From the NCBI RefSeq assembly GCF_009914755.1, contig NC_060929.1: DNA of 64,000 bases; one strand, 5' to 3'. Positions 14,290 through 26,979 of this stretch are shown piece after piece (position 1 is the first letter of the stretch; every line of letters starts with the position of its first letter). The notes beneath the pieces were generated by a model, which worked only from the letters and a program-made list of their open reading frames with translations, made no database searches and was not told the DNA's origin. The position numbers were made by a program, and so were the translations under genes. This DNA is from the human T2T-CHM13v2.0 reference genome, Homo sapiens.

Positions 14290-16035
14290 CTTTATTTCTT
14301 TTTTAATTCTTTTTTCTTTTGTCTCCTCTGACTGTGTAGTTTCAAAAACCTATCTTCAGGCTCACCAATTCTTTATTCTGCTTGATCAGTTCTGCTATTA
14401 AAAGACTCTGATGCATTCATCAGTATGCCAATTGCAGTTTTCAACTCCAGAATTTCTGCTTGATTGTTTATTTCAATCTCTTTGTGAAATTTATTTGACA
14501 TAATTCTGAATTCCTTCTTTGTGTTATCTTGAATTTTTCTGAGTTTCCTCAAAACTTCTATTTTGAATTATGTGTCCAAAAGTTCACGTGTCTCTGTTTC
14601 TTCAGCGTTTGTCCCTGGTGCTTTATTTAGTTTATTTGGTTAGTTCATTTCTTTCCTGGACTGTCTTGATAATTAAAGATATTCATCGGTGTCTGGGCAT
14701 TGAAGAGTTAGGTACTTATTGCAACCATCGCTGTCTGGGCTTGTTTGTAATCATCCTTCTCAGGAACACTTTCCAGATATTAAAAAGTTTTTGGGTGTTG
14801 TGATCTAAGTTATATTTGCTTTAGGAAGCACCTAAAGCCCAGCAATGCTGTGATTCTTGATGACTTGTACAGGTCTGACCTTGATGGTCCAGGACAAGAT
14901 CTGGGAGAATTCTCTGGATTATCAGGCAAAGACTCTTATTTTCTTCCCTTACTTTCTCCTAAAGAGTCTCTCTTTCTGTTCTGAGCCACCTGAAGTTCTG
15001 GGTAGAGTGACACAAGCACCCCTGTGGCCACCACCACCACTAGGACTGCACTGGGTCAGACCTGAACCCAGCACAGCACTGAGTCTTAGCCAAGGCTTAC
15101 TGTACCCACTCCCTGGCTACTGCCTATGTTCTCTCAAAGACCTGGGGCTCTACAATCAGCAGAGGCAAAGCCAGCCGGGCTTGTATTCTTCCCTTCAGGG
15201 CATTGAGTTACCCCAGTCCCTGGGTGGGTCTAAAGGTGCCATCCAGGAGCCAGAGACTAGAGTCAAAAACCTGAGACGTCTACCTGGTATTCTATTGTCC
15301 TGCAGCTGAGCTGGCACTCAAACCACAAGATGTAATCCTTCCCGCTCTTCCATCTGCTTTCCAAAGGCAGAGGAGCCTCACCCCATGGCCATCGCCACCA
15401 CAGGTCCACAGGGAATACTGCCAGTGTATCTCTGATGTTCCCTTTATGCCCAAGGGTTCTTAAGTCAACTTGTAGTGAATACTATCTGGACTGGGACTCA
15501 CCCTTCAGGGGCAGTGGATGCCCCTCTGGCCCAGAGAAGGTCCAGAAGTGCCATCTAAAAGCCAAGTTTTGGCATGGGGGACCTCAAGAGCCCACTTTGT
15601 GCTCTACCCCTCTGTAGCTGAGCTGGTACCTAATGTACAAGACAAAGTCCCCTTTACTTTTCTCTCTCCTTTTCTCAAGCAGAAGTCTTCCCATAGTCAC
15701 CACAGTTGAGTCTCACCTGAAGCCAGCAATTCTCAGAGCTTCATCCAAGGCTCTTAATATACTACCTGGGTATCACTGCTGGTTATTCAGGGCCCAAGGT
15801 CTCTGTAGTTAGCAGGTGACATATCCTGCCCCCACTGCATCCTTCCCTTCAAAGTAGCAAGTTCCTCTCTGGCCCAGGGTGTGTCCAAAAATGTAGTTCA
15901 GAGCTAGGGTCTGGAAAGAGGGCCGGATGTATAGTTCTTATGAAAATGCTTTTCTTGTGTAGATAGTTGCTAAATTGATGTCCTTGTTTGGAGGATGATT
16001 GATCAAGTCTTCTATCCCACCGTCTTGCTCCTCCT
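14290..16035 (-). mobile_element. L1M (L1MA-type) 5'UTR plus start of ORF1; 3' part missing
   Basis: Reverse strand begins ggagcaagacgg (L1 start motif), GC-richer UTR, ORF1 coiled-coil remnant at 14290-14570. Confidence 0.8.
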
Positions 16036-17605
16036 GGAGCAATTACTCCCCACTTTCTTCTGAATTATGTCCATTGCTAAGTCAGGAATAAGCTAATAGA
16101 GATCATTATATTAAAAAATACATAGTAAATTATTAGTATGCAATGGTATTTATCAGTGTTTTCTCACATTTTCCTAAATTGTGTGATTTGGAACATTTCT
16201 GTCCTAGGAGAAATATTTACAGATTTTCTTCAAATTAGCACTTCTCATTCCCATTTAAATGTGATAAACTTTATATAGTATATTACCTCTATAAGATTCA
16301 CAATGCTCATTCATTTATTTAAGGTTCTAAAAAGTCCTACAATAAAAAAGTGATAACTTTAATTAACCACACATTTCTCAGCCTAGTTCTACCATAAATT
16401 TGTTCTTTAAACTTTGGCATAGTTCTTAACTTCTCATGAACTATTCCTTCATCTCTAAAATGAAGGCAGGATTTTATTACCTCTAATGGTCTTTTTAGTT
16501 CTGAAATTATACATATCTAATAAATTTCCAGGACCAAGGTGGCAAAGGTCAAGGCTTAAGTAAAGCCTTGAAGATATTCTTAACCAGAATTGAGTAAATA
16601 ATTGTATTTAGTTTTTGCTGCTGTTGTTGTTGATCTTGTGAGGACTCATCAGAATAGTAAGTTTTCATCTTGCTGAAATAGAGAGGTTCTCATTGTTCAC
16701 TGTCTTAAATGACATGCTCATATCTACTATTCATTAATCTTTTTGTTAATAAACCATAGGAACTGACTTTATCCAAGGTCAATATTGTAATGGAAGATGG
16801 TGTTTATATCTCATAATTCAGTTTGGCTTAGCAGGGTTATGGTCATTCAGTCCAGTATTTATGACTTATTTTAAAAAGCCTCACGTAGAAGAAATCCTGG
16901 ATATCTCTGGCTCAGTGTTTGGCAGAGCTTTTCCAAGGGAGAAATAGTATAAAAGCAGTATTGCATTGTAACACGGACTCTCAAATCAGATGTAAGTTTC
17001 AAGAGTTAGTCTTGCAGAAGTACACTAAGGATAACAGGGTTTGCTATTTGCCTTAGTATTACTAAGAAGCACATCATAAATCCTTGACTTCTGCCAAATA
17101 GAGAGAATTTTCATGCAGCAGCTCTCAAGTAATATGTCAAGGCCAGAGTTATTGTAGTAAAAGGAAATAATGTACATTATAATAATAAATAGTCTACTCA
17201 ATAGTTTCCTGGTTACTTGAGTAAAATATATACAGACAATTTTGGTTAGTTGAATTGCTAACTCAAACACCAGTTTTCCCCATTTGCTCCAAAAAGCAGC
17301 ATGGCAGTGGCAAAGCACTGTAATTCCTATATGGTCTTCTTGGTCTTTAATACTCTTTAAATGATGGTTGGAAAGAAATTAAAACAAGTCTCTCTTATGG
17401 AGCTCTAATGAAACATCCTCAAATCATTATAGGAAATCGAAAAAACTGATTTGAAGAACTAAATATAAATAATTTCACCGACTAAAATAAGATCACATAA
17501 CTGAGACTAGGAATATGATTGTTTTTAAGCACTTAGAAGATTACTGTATACTGTCCAAATCACATTTCACAAAGATATTTTACTTAGCAATAGCACACAT
17601 CAGAG

Positions 17606-17912
17606 GCACCTTTTTGGTCCAATTCAATAGGAAATTTGTATTTGATAAAAGAACTCTCATTAAAATCAATGTTTATCATCCTACTGCAATCTGCCATGAA
17701 CAATTCAAGATAAATCTTCTCCTCATATTTTTATCAAGTAACTCTAGCTGGAAATACAGCCATCTTTTTGGCCCATTTATAAAGGAAATTTGTCTTCTAG
17801 AAAAGAGCTCTCATTAAAATCAATGTTTATCTTCTGACTGCAATCTACCATGCACAATTCAAGATAAATCATCTCCTAATAAGCTATCAGATAACTGTAG
17901 CTGTAAGTACAT
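17606..17912. repeat. Two-copy diverged tandem duplication, 154-bp period
   Basis: ctctcattaaaatcaatgtttatc at 17654 and 17808; caattcaagataaatc in both copies. Confidence 0.9.
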
Positions 17913-18519
17913 ACTAGTGTGACACTTCACTCTTACAAGATAAAATCCAAAATGCTTAACCTATAATTCCATGTCACCCTCTATCTAGCAAAATTTTTTA
18001 TTTCAATATAATTTTTCCTCCTCAATGAAACAAAACATATTCTTATGGACAAGTCTTCTTTTTCCTAATCAAGGATTTTGTAACCCAGTGTCCAACTATT
18101 TGTTTATACCATTCTTTCTCATAGGATATTGTCTTTATTTATCCACTCTTCTGACTATGACACACAATTTAATATATTAGAAGTCTACACCATCTATTAA
18201 CCTTTCCTGATTCTACTAGGCTATAGTAAACAAATTAAATATTAACATGTCAGAAAAACAAATTATTTAATTTTAAACACACTACCTAAATCTATACAAG
18301 TATCAATGTACCTACATGAGAATAAGACTAATTCTCAATTTTTTGATCGCAATTTTATATCCAATTTTTAAAAATGACACCAGAGTATATTTTAACATGG
18401 ACAAATTGAAGACATAGGTTAATTAAGATGTCTGTATGTGGTACAAAAATATGTACTTACAAAATATTATGTAAATGTAGACTAAACCAAACTTTTACAA
18501 ACTTGAATACAAACTTACC

Positions 18520-19050
18520 ACACTTAATATTTATTTCCCCAACTACACTATTAAGATTGTTCTTGACAAGGTCACCGATAACCTCTGCCTTACAAATCCA
18601 ATCAGCATTTTCCGATACTTACCTTACTTGTCTGTCAACAGGGATTGATTGGTATTATTGGAAGTTGACCTCTTTCTCCTTTTTTAAAGCCCTGTTCTCC
18701 TTTAGTCTCTGTCACACTACAGTCATGGTTTTACTGGTATTTCAGTAATCACCCTTTTTCAGTCTATTCTATTATTTTATTTTTTCTGTTCTGAGTACTG
18801 AATGGTGTCATAACTTCATCCTGAATCTGAGCTTCTGTTCTCTCAACTTCTTCACAAGCTAGATCTTGTTTAATCATGTTTCAAACCACAAACTATAGGA
18901 TAACTACCCAAAGCAAATTTTCAATGGGATGTCTACTAGGCATTTTGATCCTAGCAAATCCAAAACAATTTGTTTTTTTTTCTCTCCACATTTTTCCCCT
19001 TATAATCTTCCCAACTCAGATAAAATTACAAGCTCATTATTTACTTTCCT
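18520..19050 (+). mobile_element. L2 LINE fragment
   Basis: ttcttgacaaggtcaccgataacctct...aaatccaat motif; pyrimidine-rich. Confidence 0.6.
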
Positions 19051-19584
19051 CAGAGAAATAGACTTAAAAAGAGCTCAATATACAAACTAAATTAGTTAAT
19101 TTTATACTTCTGGCTTCAAGAACTGCAAGAAAATAAATTTTTGTTGTTTTGAACCCCAAATTATTGCTAACTTATTACAGCAGTAATAGAAAATTAATAC
19201 AGTGATTACAAGAAAAATTATCTCAACATCGCAAATAACATACCATTAAAATATACTCTACCTTTCTTGTCCATATAATTTTGATTCATTAATATGAATG
19301 TTCATTCAATAATTACCAGACAATTGAGGAAAATATGCAAGAGAAACTTCAGAACGAACAAACTGGTATTCAGAATTTTGAGAAGATAGAGTTAATGTGA
19401 GAAATAGATAACAAATAAAAATATGTCTTCTAATTGATTAATTAAAGAAATAAGAGAATCAATTAAATCTATCAAGCAAGAACAATCTGTAATAAAAGAG
19501 AAGCAGTTGAAAAAGGAAGAAAACAAGTACAGTATTATACAAAGTGTTATGAAATGAAAAGTATGATATTCCCAGTAAAAGTAG

Positions 19585-19917
19585 TTATTTTAGCCATTTG
19601 GGCTACTATAACAAAATATCATAAATTGATTGGATTTTAAACAACAGAAATGTATTTATTACAGTTCTAGATACTGGAAAAATCCATGATCGAGGTGACA
19701 GCAAATTTGGTGTCTGATGAGAGCCTGCTCTCTGGTTCATACCTGGCACCTTACTCAGAAGAGAGAATGAAGCTCTCTGGCACTATATCCCATTCATGAG
19801 GGCTTCACCTTCATAATCTAATCATGTTCCAAAGTCCCACCTGCTAATATCATCTCATTGGTAATAGATTTCAACATATGAATTTGGAAGGGTACACAAA
19901 TATTTAGATCATAGGAG
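19585..19917 (-). mobile_element. MLT1A-type MaLR LTR
   Basis: gggctactataacaaaatatcata...aaacaacagaaat...cccattcatgagggc...tttcaacatatgaatttgg. Confidence 0.8.
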
Positions 19918-20009
19918 TACCGGTTGTTAGAAAGCATACAAATGAAGACTAAATAATGATATTAGTATAATTAAGAAACTTCCCAAAATGAATTATATTG
20001 AATCATAGT

Positions 20010-20235
20010 AAACTCTGACATCAGATTGGCAGGACACAAACATGGTCTCAACACCCACTTACTACCTGTGTGTTTTGAACAATTTATTAAAAGCCTTTAT
20101 AACTTTGTTTCCTTATATGTAGAATGAGGATATCAGTAATAACATTCAGAAGGTCATTTTGAAGAGGTAAAAGGTGGTTGACTAGAGAACAATTAGTAAA
20201 ATTCTTGCAAATTACTAAGTTTAATAAGTACAATT
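20010..20235 (+). mobile_element. MIR SINE
   Basis: ccacttactacctgtgtg...gtttccttatatgtagaatgagga core. Confidence 0.6.
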
Positions 20236-21427
20236 TATTATTAAATAGATGGAAATATAAAAGAAGTAATGGAGGTGGAGGTAGGTGGTAGCCTGTCTTT
20301 TGCTACATATGCAATTGACATTTTATGTATTCTACATAATTGCCCAGAACTTGTAAAGAACATCACTATTCAGAGATTAAACCTATTAAAGAAACACATT
20401 CCCTACTGCTAGGATTCCAGCAGCAACTATCATGTTTATAAATGTAGCAAATTCCCAAATTTGAATGAATAATCAATCAGTGATTGCCAGACTATAGAGG
20501 AAAATAAGTAAACAGTTAACATAAGGATCAAGACTGGATAACAGAGCAACCCAGGTAGGCACATCAAAGGTTTTTTTAAAATTCATGAATATATTTTATA
20601 TGCAGTATTAATAGAGCTCATATAGCTAATCTAGAATATTCTGTAACCTCACATGAGCTTGATGAGGGCAGAGCACATGCTTTATTCTGTGTTGCATCAG
20701 CAGTGTCTAGGAGCACCTCCCATGGTGTAAACACTGGATGGTATTTTTCGAGAGTAATGAATTGAATGAACTACACATGGCCATTATTTGTGTTGTGTCA
20801 CTATTGATAAATGCACCCCAAGTTCTAACTAATTACTTAAGGAAAAAGCCACCTGTCAGTCTTTGCCTTCTTGGCTTTATTCAGCTACGGGCAATGATGC
20901 TTGTCAATACTACATACCTCTTCAACCAAATTAGAACAAACATAGCAGTGTGCTAAGAACCTTAGATTCACAAGTGGAATTTAAGCATATCCTTCATGTA
21001 AACCCCATATTTAGTTTTCCTAAAGGATCCTCTGAAATTCTATGCTGTCATTAAAGGACAAATTTTTTCATATATGACTCTATTCATATAATCATAAATT
21101 TTCAGTTTCAAAATCCTGTAACAATATACCGTATTTGATTCTATCGTCTATAACCCCATGAAAGTAGTTGTGTCCTGGGTCATGTTTTATTTGATGGTGC
21201 TCCATGTGGCCCTAGTTTTGACTGTATAGATTTCTATACCAGATACAGAAGCACAGCATCCAATTCTGGGCATGGACATTCTCTCTGAGATATTTGAATA
21301 TTGGTGTTGACCCATATGTCAATGGATACTGGAAACTTGACAGTTAATAGGCCACACTCATTGTGATTTCATCGCTTCTAAATTATTGATTTGTCATAAA
21401 GTTTTAACTTTTCAAAAATTTCTGATA

Positions 21428-22478
21428 GGGGGCTGGGGTGGAGCAAGATGACAGAATAGAAGGCTACACTATTTGTATGCCCTGCAGAAACACCAAATAT
21501 TTACAACTGTCTGCACACAGAAAAGCACAGACACAAAAACCAAAAATCAGGTAAGCAATCACAATACCTGGTTTTAACTTCATCTCTATGGAGGAGTCAT
21601 TAATGAGGGTCAAAGAGACAGTCCTTGATCACTGATATCATATCCCCTGGCAGTGGCTGAGCAGTGTGGAGAGTCTATGTACTTGGGAGAGGGAAAGTGC
21701 AGTGACTGAGGGACATTACATTGAAATCAGTGCTGACCAGTCATACCGGAGAGAAAAGCCATGCACTAGTGTCCGTGCACAGAAGGAGCATTTGGACCAG
21801 ACCTAACCAGAGGGGAATTGCCCATCCCATTGGTCAGAACTTGAGTTTCTAGGCAACTCTTACCACCACAAGCCAAAGTGCTCTGGGGTCTCAGATAAAC
21901 TTGAAACACAGTCCAGGAAACAAGGACTACAATTGCTAGGCAACTCTTAGTGCTGGGCTGGGCTCAGAGTCATAGGACTATAGTGGCAGGTGACCTAGGG
22001 AGACTCCAGCTTGGATGGCTATAAAACTGCTTGCACCACTCTTCCCCCAACCCTTGGCAGTGCAACTCACAGCAACAAAAATGTCTCCTTCCTTCTGCTT
22101 AAGGAGAGGAGAGCAAAGAGTAAAGAGGACTTTGCCTTGCATCCTGGATACCAGCTCAGCCATAGAAGGAGAGGGCACTGGGAAGAGTCACGAGGCCCCC
22201 ATTCCAGACACTAGCTCCCAGATATTATTTCTAGACATATTCTGGGGTCAAAAGGGAACCTGCTGCCTTGAAGGGAAGAACCAAGTCCTGGCAGGTTTCA
22301 TCACCTGCTGACTAACGGGTCCTTGGCCCTTGAATGGCCGGCAGCAATATCCAGATTATCCCATGCTCCTTGAGACCTGAGATGTGCTGACTACAGGTGT
22401 GAGCCAGCACATTCCCAGCTGTGGTGGCTAGAGTGAAAGACTTCTTCTGTTGGAGAAAAACAGAGGGAAAAGAAAAAG
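21428..22478 (+). mobile_element. L1M (L1MA-type) 5'UTR fragment; remainder missing
   Basis: ggggtggagcaagatgacagaatagaagg start; acctggttttaacttcat and gaggactttgccttgcatc motifs. Confidence 0.8.
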
Positions 22479-22484
22479 TAAATA

Positions 22485-22650
22485 CTTATCAAAATTTAAT
22501 GTGCGTAAAATTCAACTGGGTGGTTAATTAAAATGTATTACTAAATGCCACTACCAGAGATAATGATTAGGTAGAATTTTTAAATCATGGAGTCTGCATT
22601 TTTATACGACTGCAAAACATTATGATGCAGGTGGCCATGCCCCATAACAT
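22485..22650. mobile_element. MER5-like hAT relic
   Basis: tcaaaatttaatgtgc...gtctgcattttta...tgatgcaggtggcc. Confidence 0.55.
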
Positions 22651-25600
22651 GCACTACTCAGTTCATAGATGTTCTTAATAGCGGAACGTCTTTCACTCAC
22701 TATCACTTGGGAAATTGAAATCTGAATTCGGATTACCCCTGTGCCTTCCCTCAAGTCAATTTCTTCAACTTCTAAATGTATTTTTTATGTATTAACATAT
22801 TTCTAGTAAACCAGATTTAAGCCAAATAAGAATGTTCACAATTTAAGGAAAACATTTTAGGAAAAGTAGGATTTTGTTTTCTGCCTTCAACAATATTATA
22901 ATATTTCTAGATCGTTAGATACACTGTGTCTTTATGATAAATTATGGTCACTTAAAAAATGAAACAAACTTGGAATTTGAGGCAACCAGTGCTGTTATCT
23001 GAACAACTGATACATTAACTTATGTGTAGTTTACATTTGCTTCTCAAACATGATTCATAGTCTTTCATCAGGAAATGGAGTACCTTTCTTCTAAGCTAAC
23101 ATATTCTATTAGTATAATGAATTATCACTTTTATCTAGGGTATCAGCAGAAATATGACTCATTAATTATATGAACAAGTAACCACTTGCATAAATAATGG
23201 AGAAATGAAAAACCCAATAGCAGCAGCAACAGCAAAACCCTGTATTTTACTTAAACTGTTTTATTAAGCAATACCTATAAAGGTATTTTTTTTTCAAATA
23301 CATATGCTAAGACAATGAAATCAGGGGATTCAGAGAATTGAGACAGAAAATAATATTTTTAAATTTTTAAAATTATTTTGATGATATTTTTTCCAATTTG
23401 CTGTTAATATTTTGGTAGCCATTTACATTGAATAATAGTTCTTTGTATCTTGAATTTTATGTCAATATACTTCTGATTGGAGTCTCATAAAACATCAAAT
23501 GTAGCATAATTTAGCATATGTATACACACTTAAATTCAAAGCAGTACCTAAGGATTCCACCTGCAGAACCTGTTTGCTCCTCATTATTGGCTTACAAAAG
23601 CCTGGTTCAATTGTAATGGATAGGATTAGGCTGTCAGAAGAACACTGCATGGAATATACATACCTTAACGCATTTTGCAAGCATCACTACATTGATAGTC
23701 AATATATACATTACATTTGAGAGCAACAGTTTTTGATAGTAAATCAAAACATAATTTTATAAGTTTCTGAAGTTTTCCCTAGTTTCTTCACATTAAGCCA
23801 GTAGTAAAACCCATTATTGCTTAAAGGTAAGTAAATACAAACCACATCTATGAAAAACATTTTTACTGTTCCAAAACTTCTATTATTTCAATTTCTTTTA
23901 AGTCTGTTTCTTTTCTATTTAAACTTAAATACTGTTATAAACAGTTAATTTAAAAAATACACAATTATAAATTAATAACACAGAAACCATTTGACATTTG
24001 AGTACTTTTCCCTTGGAATTTCAAATTAGTACTTCTTTAGTGCTTAATTTAGTGCATGTATGCTTTACCTAGAGACACAATAACCACACTGAAAGTCATG
24101 AACCATATGTAAGCTTAATGGCAATGAGATATTTAATGTGTCTCATGTGACATACTCTGCAAAATGGTGCTGCATGAATGCCAATACAATGTTGCAAACA
24201 GAAGATCAAATTCACAGACGTTTTACTATAAAATGTCACAATATTTTTTTAAGTGAACTTAAAGATCATTGAAGTCTATAGGAAAAAAAAACTTGCAATG
24301 GAGGAGAACCTTGTTCTTCCAGTACATTAATAGTACTGTGTTTTTTGTTTGTTTGTTTGTTTGTTTTCCAAGATGGTGGATTAGAGGCTTTTAGCAGGCA
24401 TCAGTCACTTGAAAATAGCAAGAGAGTACATAAAACTCTACTTTGTGAGCTTTAATTCAGAAGAAAAAATGGGAATCCACTTGGATCATGAAAGACACCC
24501 CAGATCCTGTGGGGGGAATGACACCAAACAGCCCCATGATGGCGTCTGGCTGATAGAGACTGAAACCCCATGTGCTAGAGAGGCAGTGAGCCTCCTTCTG
24601 TGACTCACCTTTCCACTGGGAGCCTGAGCAACCTAGGCAGACAGAGGACACTTTGTTTCTCCCAAGCTCTGGAGGTAAGGTGGAAGAGGCTTGGCGATGC
24701 TACGAGGGAAAGACACCAGGAAATGCTGCAGATATTTTCCTAGGCCCAGGACTGAAAGCAGTACACCATTTTAAATCTGGGCACACACACATCAGGCACT
24801 CATAGGAGACCCAGCAAAGTGACCATGCAGGCATTTTGGACTCAGGCCGGAGATTGGAGCACCTGCTCTGGAGCTGGGCAGGGGTCTCCATAGCCAGAAC
24901 TGTGGAAAGCACCTCAGCAGTAGGTGCTGGAATTGTGCTCTCCCCATCATAACCCTGGGACAGGAAGAAAACTGCCCTACTTACAGCTCATGGGTGCTGA
25001 GGCTTGAAGCCAGGGCCAGCCAGGCAATTTGGAACTGACATGCATATGACATCGCTGGGTGCTCCAGCCTGCTTCCCTGAAGTCATGGCACACCAGGGCC
25101 TTCTCTGCTTCACTTCTAGGCAGAAATCCAGGCATTTGGAGCACCTGCTTGCCTGAGCCAGCAGCAAGAACCACTCCACCCTTCATGGACACAGATTATA
25201 CTATAACGGGGCTTTCTCTGCTCCATGCTCAGGCAGATCGCCAGGGATCTCCAGGTGACACCTACTCCACTGGATTAGGAGTTTAGGCCACCCCCTATCT
25301 CCATGCAGAATATGAGGCTGAGGAGGTTTCCCAGTTCCATGCCTAGGCACACCTCTGGGCACACTTGGTGACTGCCCACTGGATTCTTCCTGAGCCCTGG
25401 TGCTTGTGCCAGCCATTGGAAGACCTGTATGTGAACTGGCCTGGCTGAGCACTGCTCTTCATGGCCCCACTCCCAGAGCTGAGCAGGGAGCTCAGACCAC
25501 TGCATTCCACGAATCAGCCCATTGCCTGTGGCATCACAGAGATTCTCCCAGTAAACAGGAATCAAGTGTATACCTAGCTGCATAGGCTGCTACTGGCTCT

Positions 25601-26090
25601 TACCTACAAGCACCATTAACTGGCTTGTAGGTCAAACTGAACAGTCCAATATAAAACCTTTTGAAACAAGTGCGTAGGGCTATAGAAGCAAGCCAAAAAG
25701 TCTACACAGCATGCTCACATCTTCTAGGGAAGGGACAAAGAGAAAGGGGTAAAACATAAATATACGTACTTACATAAAGACTATATAAAAATATATGTAT
25801 TTATATCAAAGTATATAAAATATATGTTACATATATTATATTTATATAATATATAATATGTAATGTATTATGCAATGTATATTATATATTCTATAATTAC
25901 ATATTATATGTAATAATATAATATAATATATAATATATACACATATAATTATATAATGCACACATATTACATACAGAAATAAAATACATATAATTATATT
26001 TAAGTTATATATAATATATTATATATTATATAATTATATATTATACATTATATATAATAAATATACTATATATTATAATATGTAACATAT

Positions 26091-26420
26091 ACATATATAA
26101 TAATATAATATATAATATATACATATATAATAATATAATATATAATATATACATATATAATAATATAATATATAATGTATACATATATAATAATATAATA
26201 TATAATGTATACATATATAATAATATAATATATAATGTATACATATATAATAATATAATATATAATGTATACATATATAATAATATAATATATAATGTAT
26301 ACATATATAATAATATAATATATAATATATACATATATAATAATATAATATATAATATATACATATATAATAATATAATATATAATATATACATATATAA
26401 TAATATAATATATAATATAT
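26091..26420. repeat. 30-bp AT-rich minisatellite, 11 full copies
   Basis: Unit acatatataataatataatatataat(a/g)tat; variant order 2A-5G-4A. Confidence 0.97.
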
Positions 26421-26654
26421 ACATATATAATATATACATATATAATAATATAATATATATACATAATTACATATATAAATATAATATATGTAATACATTA
26501 TGATATAAAAATATATATTTTATATACTTTGAAACAAATACGTATATTTTTATATAATTTTAATATAAATGCTTACATTTATGTTTTACCCCTTTCTCTT
26601 TGCACCTTCCCTAGAGGGTGTGAACATGCTGTGTAGACTTTTTGACTTGCTTCT

Positions 26655-26979
26655 TTTTTTTTAAATTTATTTATTATTATTATACTTTAAGTTTTAGGGT
26701 ACATGTGCACAATGTGCAGGTTAGTTACATATGTATACATGTGCCATGCTGGTGCGCTGCACCCACTAACTCGTCATCTAGAATTAGGTATATCTCCCAA
26801 GGCTATTCCTCCCCCCACCCCACAACAGTCCCCAGAGTGTGATGTTCCCCTTCCTGTGTCCATGTGTTCTAATTGTTCAATTCCCACCTATGAGTGAGAA
26901 TATGCGGTGTTTGGTTTTTTGTTCTTGCGATAGTTTACTGAGAATGATGATTTCCAATTTCATCCATGCCCCTACAAAG
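26655..26979 (-). mobile_element. 5'-truncated young L1 (L1PA2/L1PA3) 3' end
   Basis: T tail, tatactttaagttttagggtacatgtgcacaatg, actaactcgtcatct (GAG, not the Ta ACA); TSD CTTGCTTCT at 26646-26654 and 26980-26988. Confidence 0.93.

Noticed and set aside
14857-15309. 150-aa ORF
   Set aside because: Antisense to an L1M 5'UTR; no recognisable domain
23480-23720. Non-repeat, slightly GC-richer stretch as a possible enhancer or exon
   Set aside because: No supportable splice or coding signal; conservation cannot be assessed here
26091-26420. CRISPR-like regular array
   Set aside because: Head-to-tail units with no unique spacers, no cas genes, primate context
26041-26498. 132-141 aa Y/I-rich ORFs
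   Set aside because: Translations of the 30-bp AT minisatellite, which lacks stops on that strand
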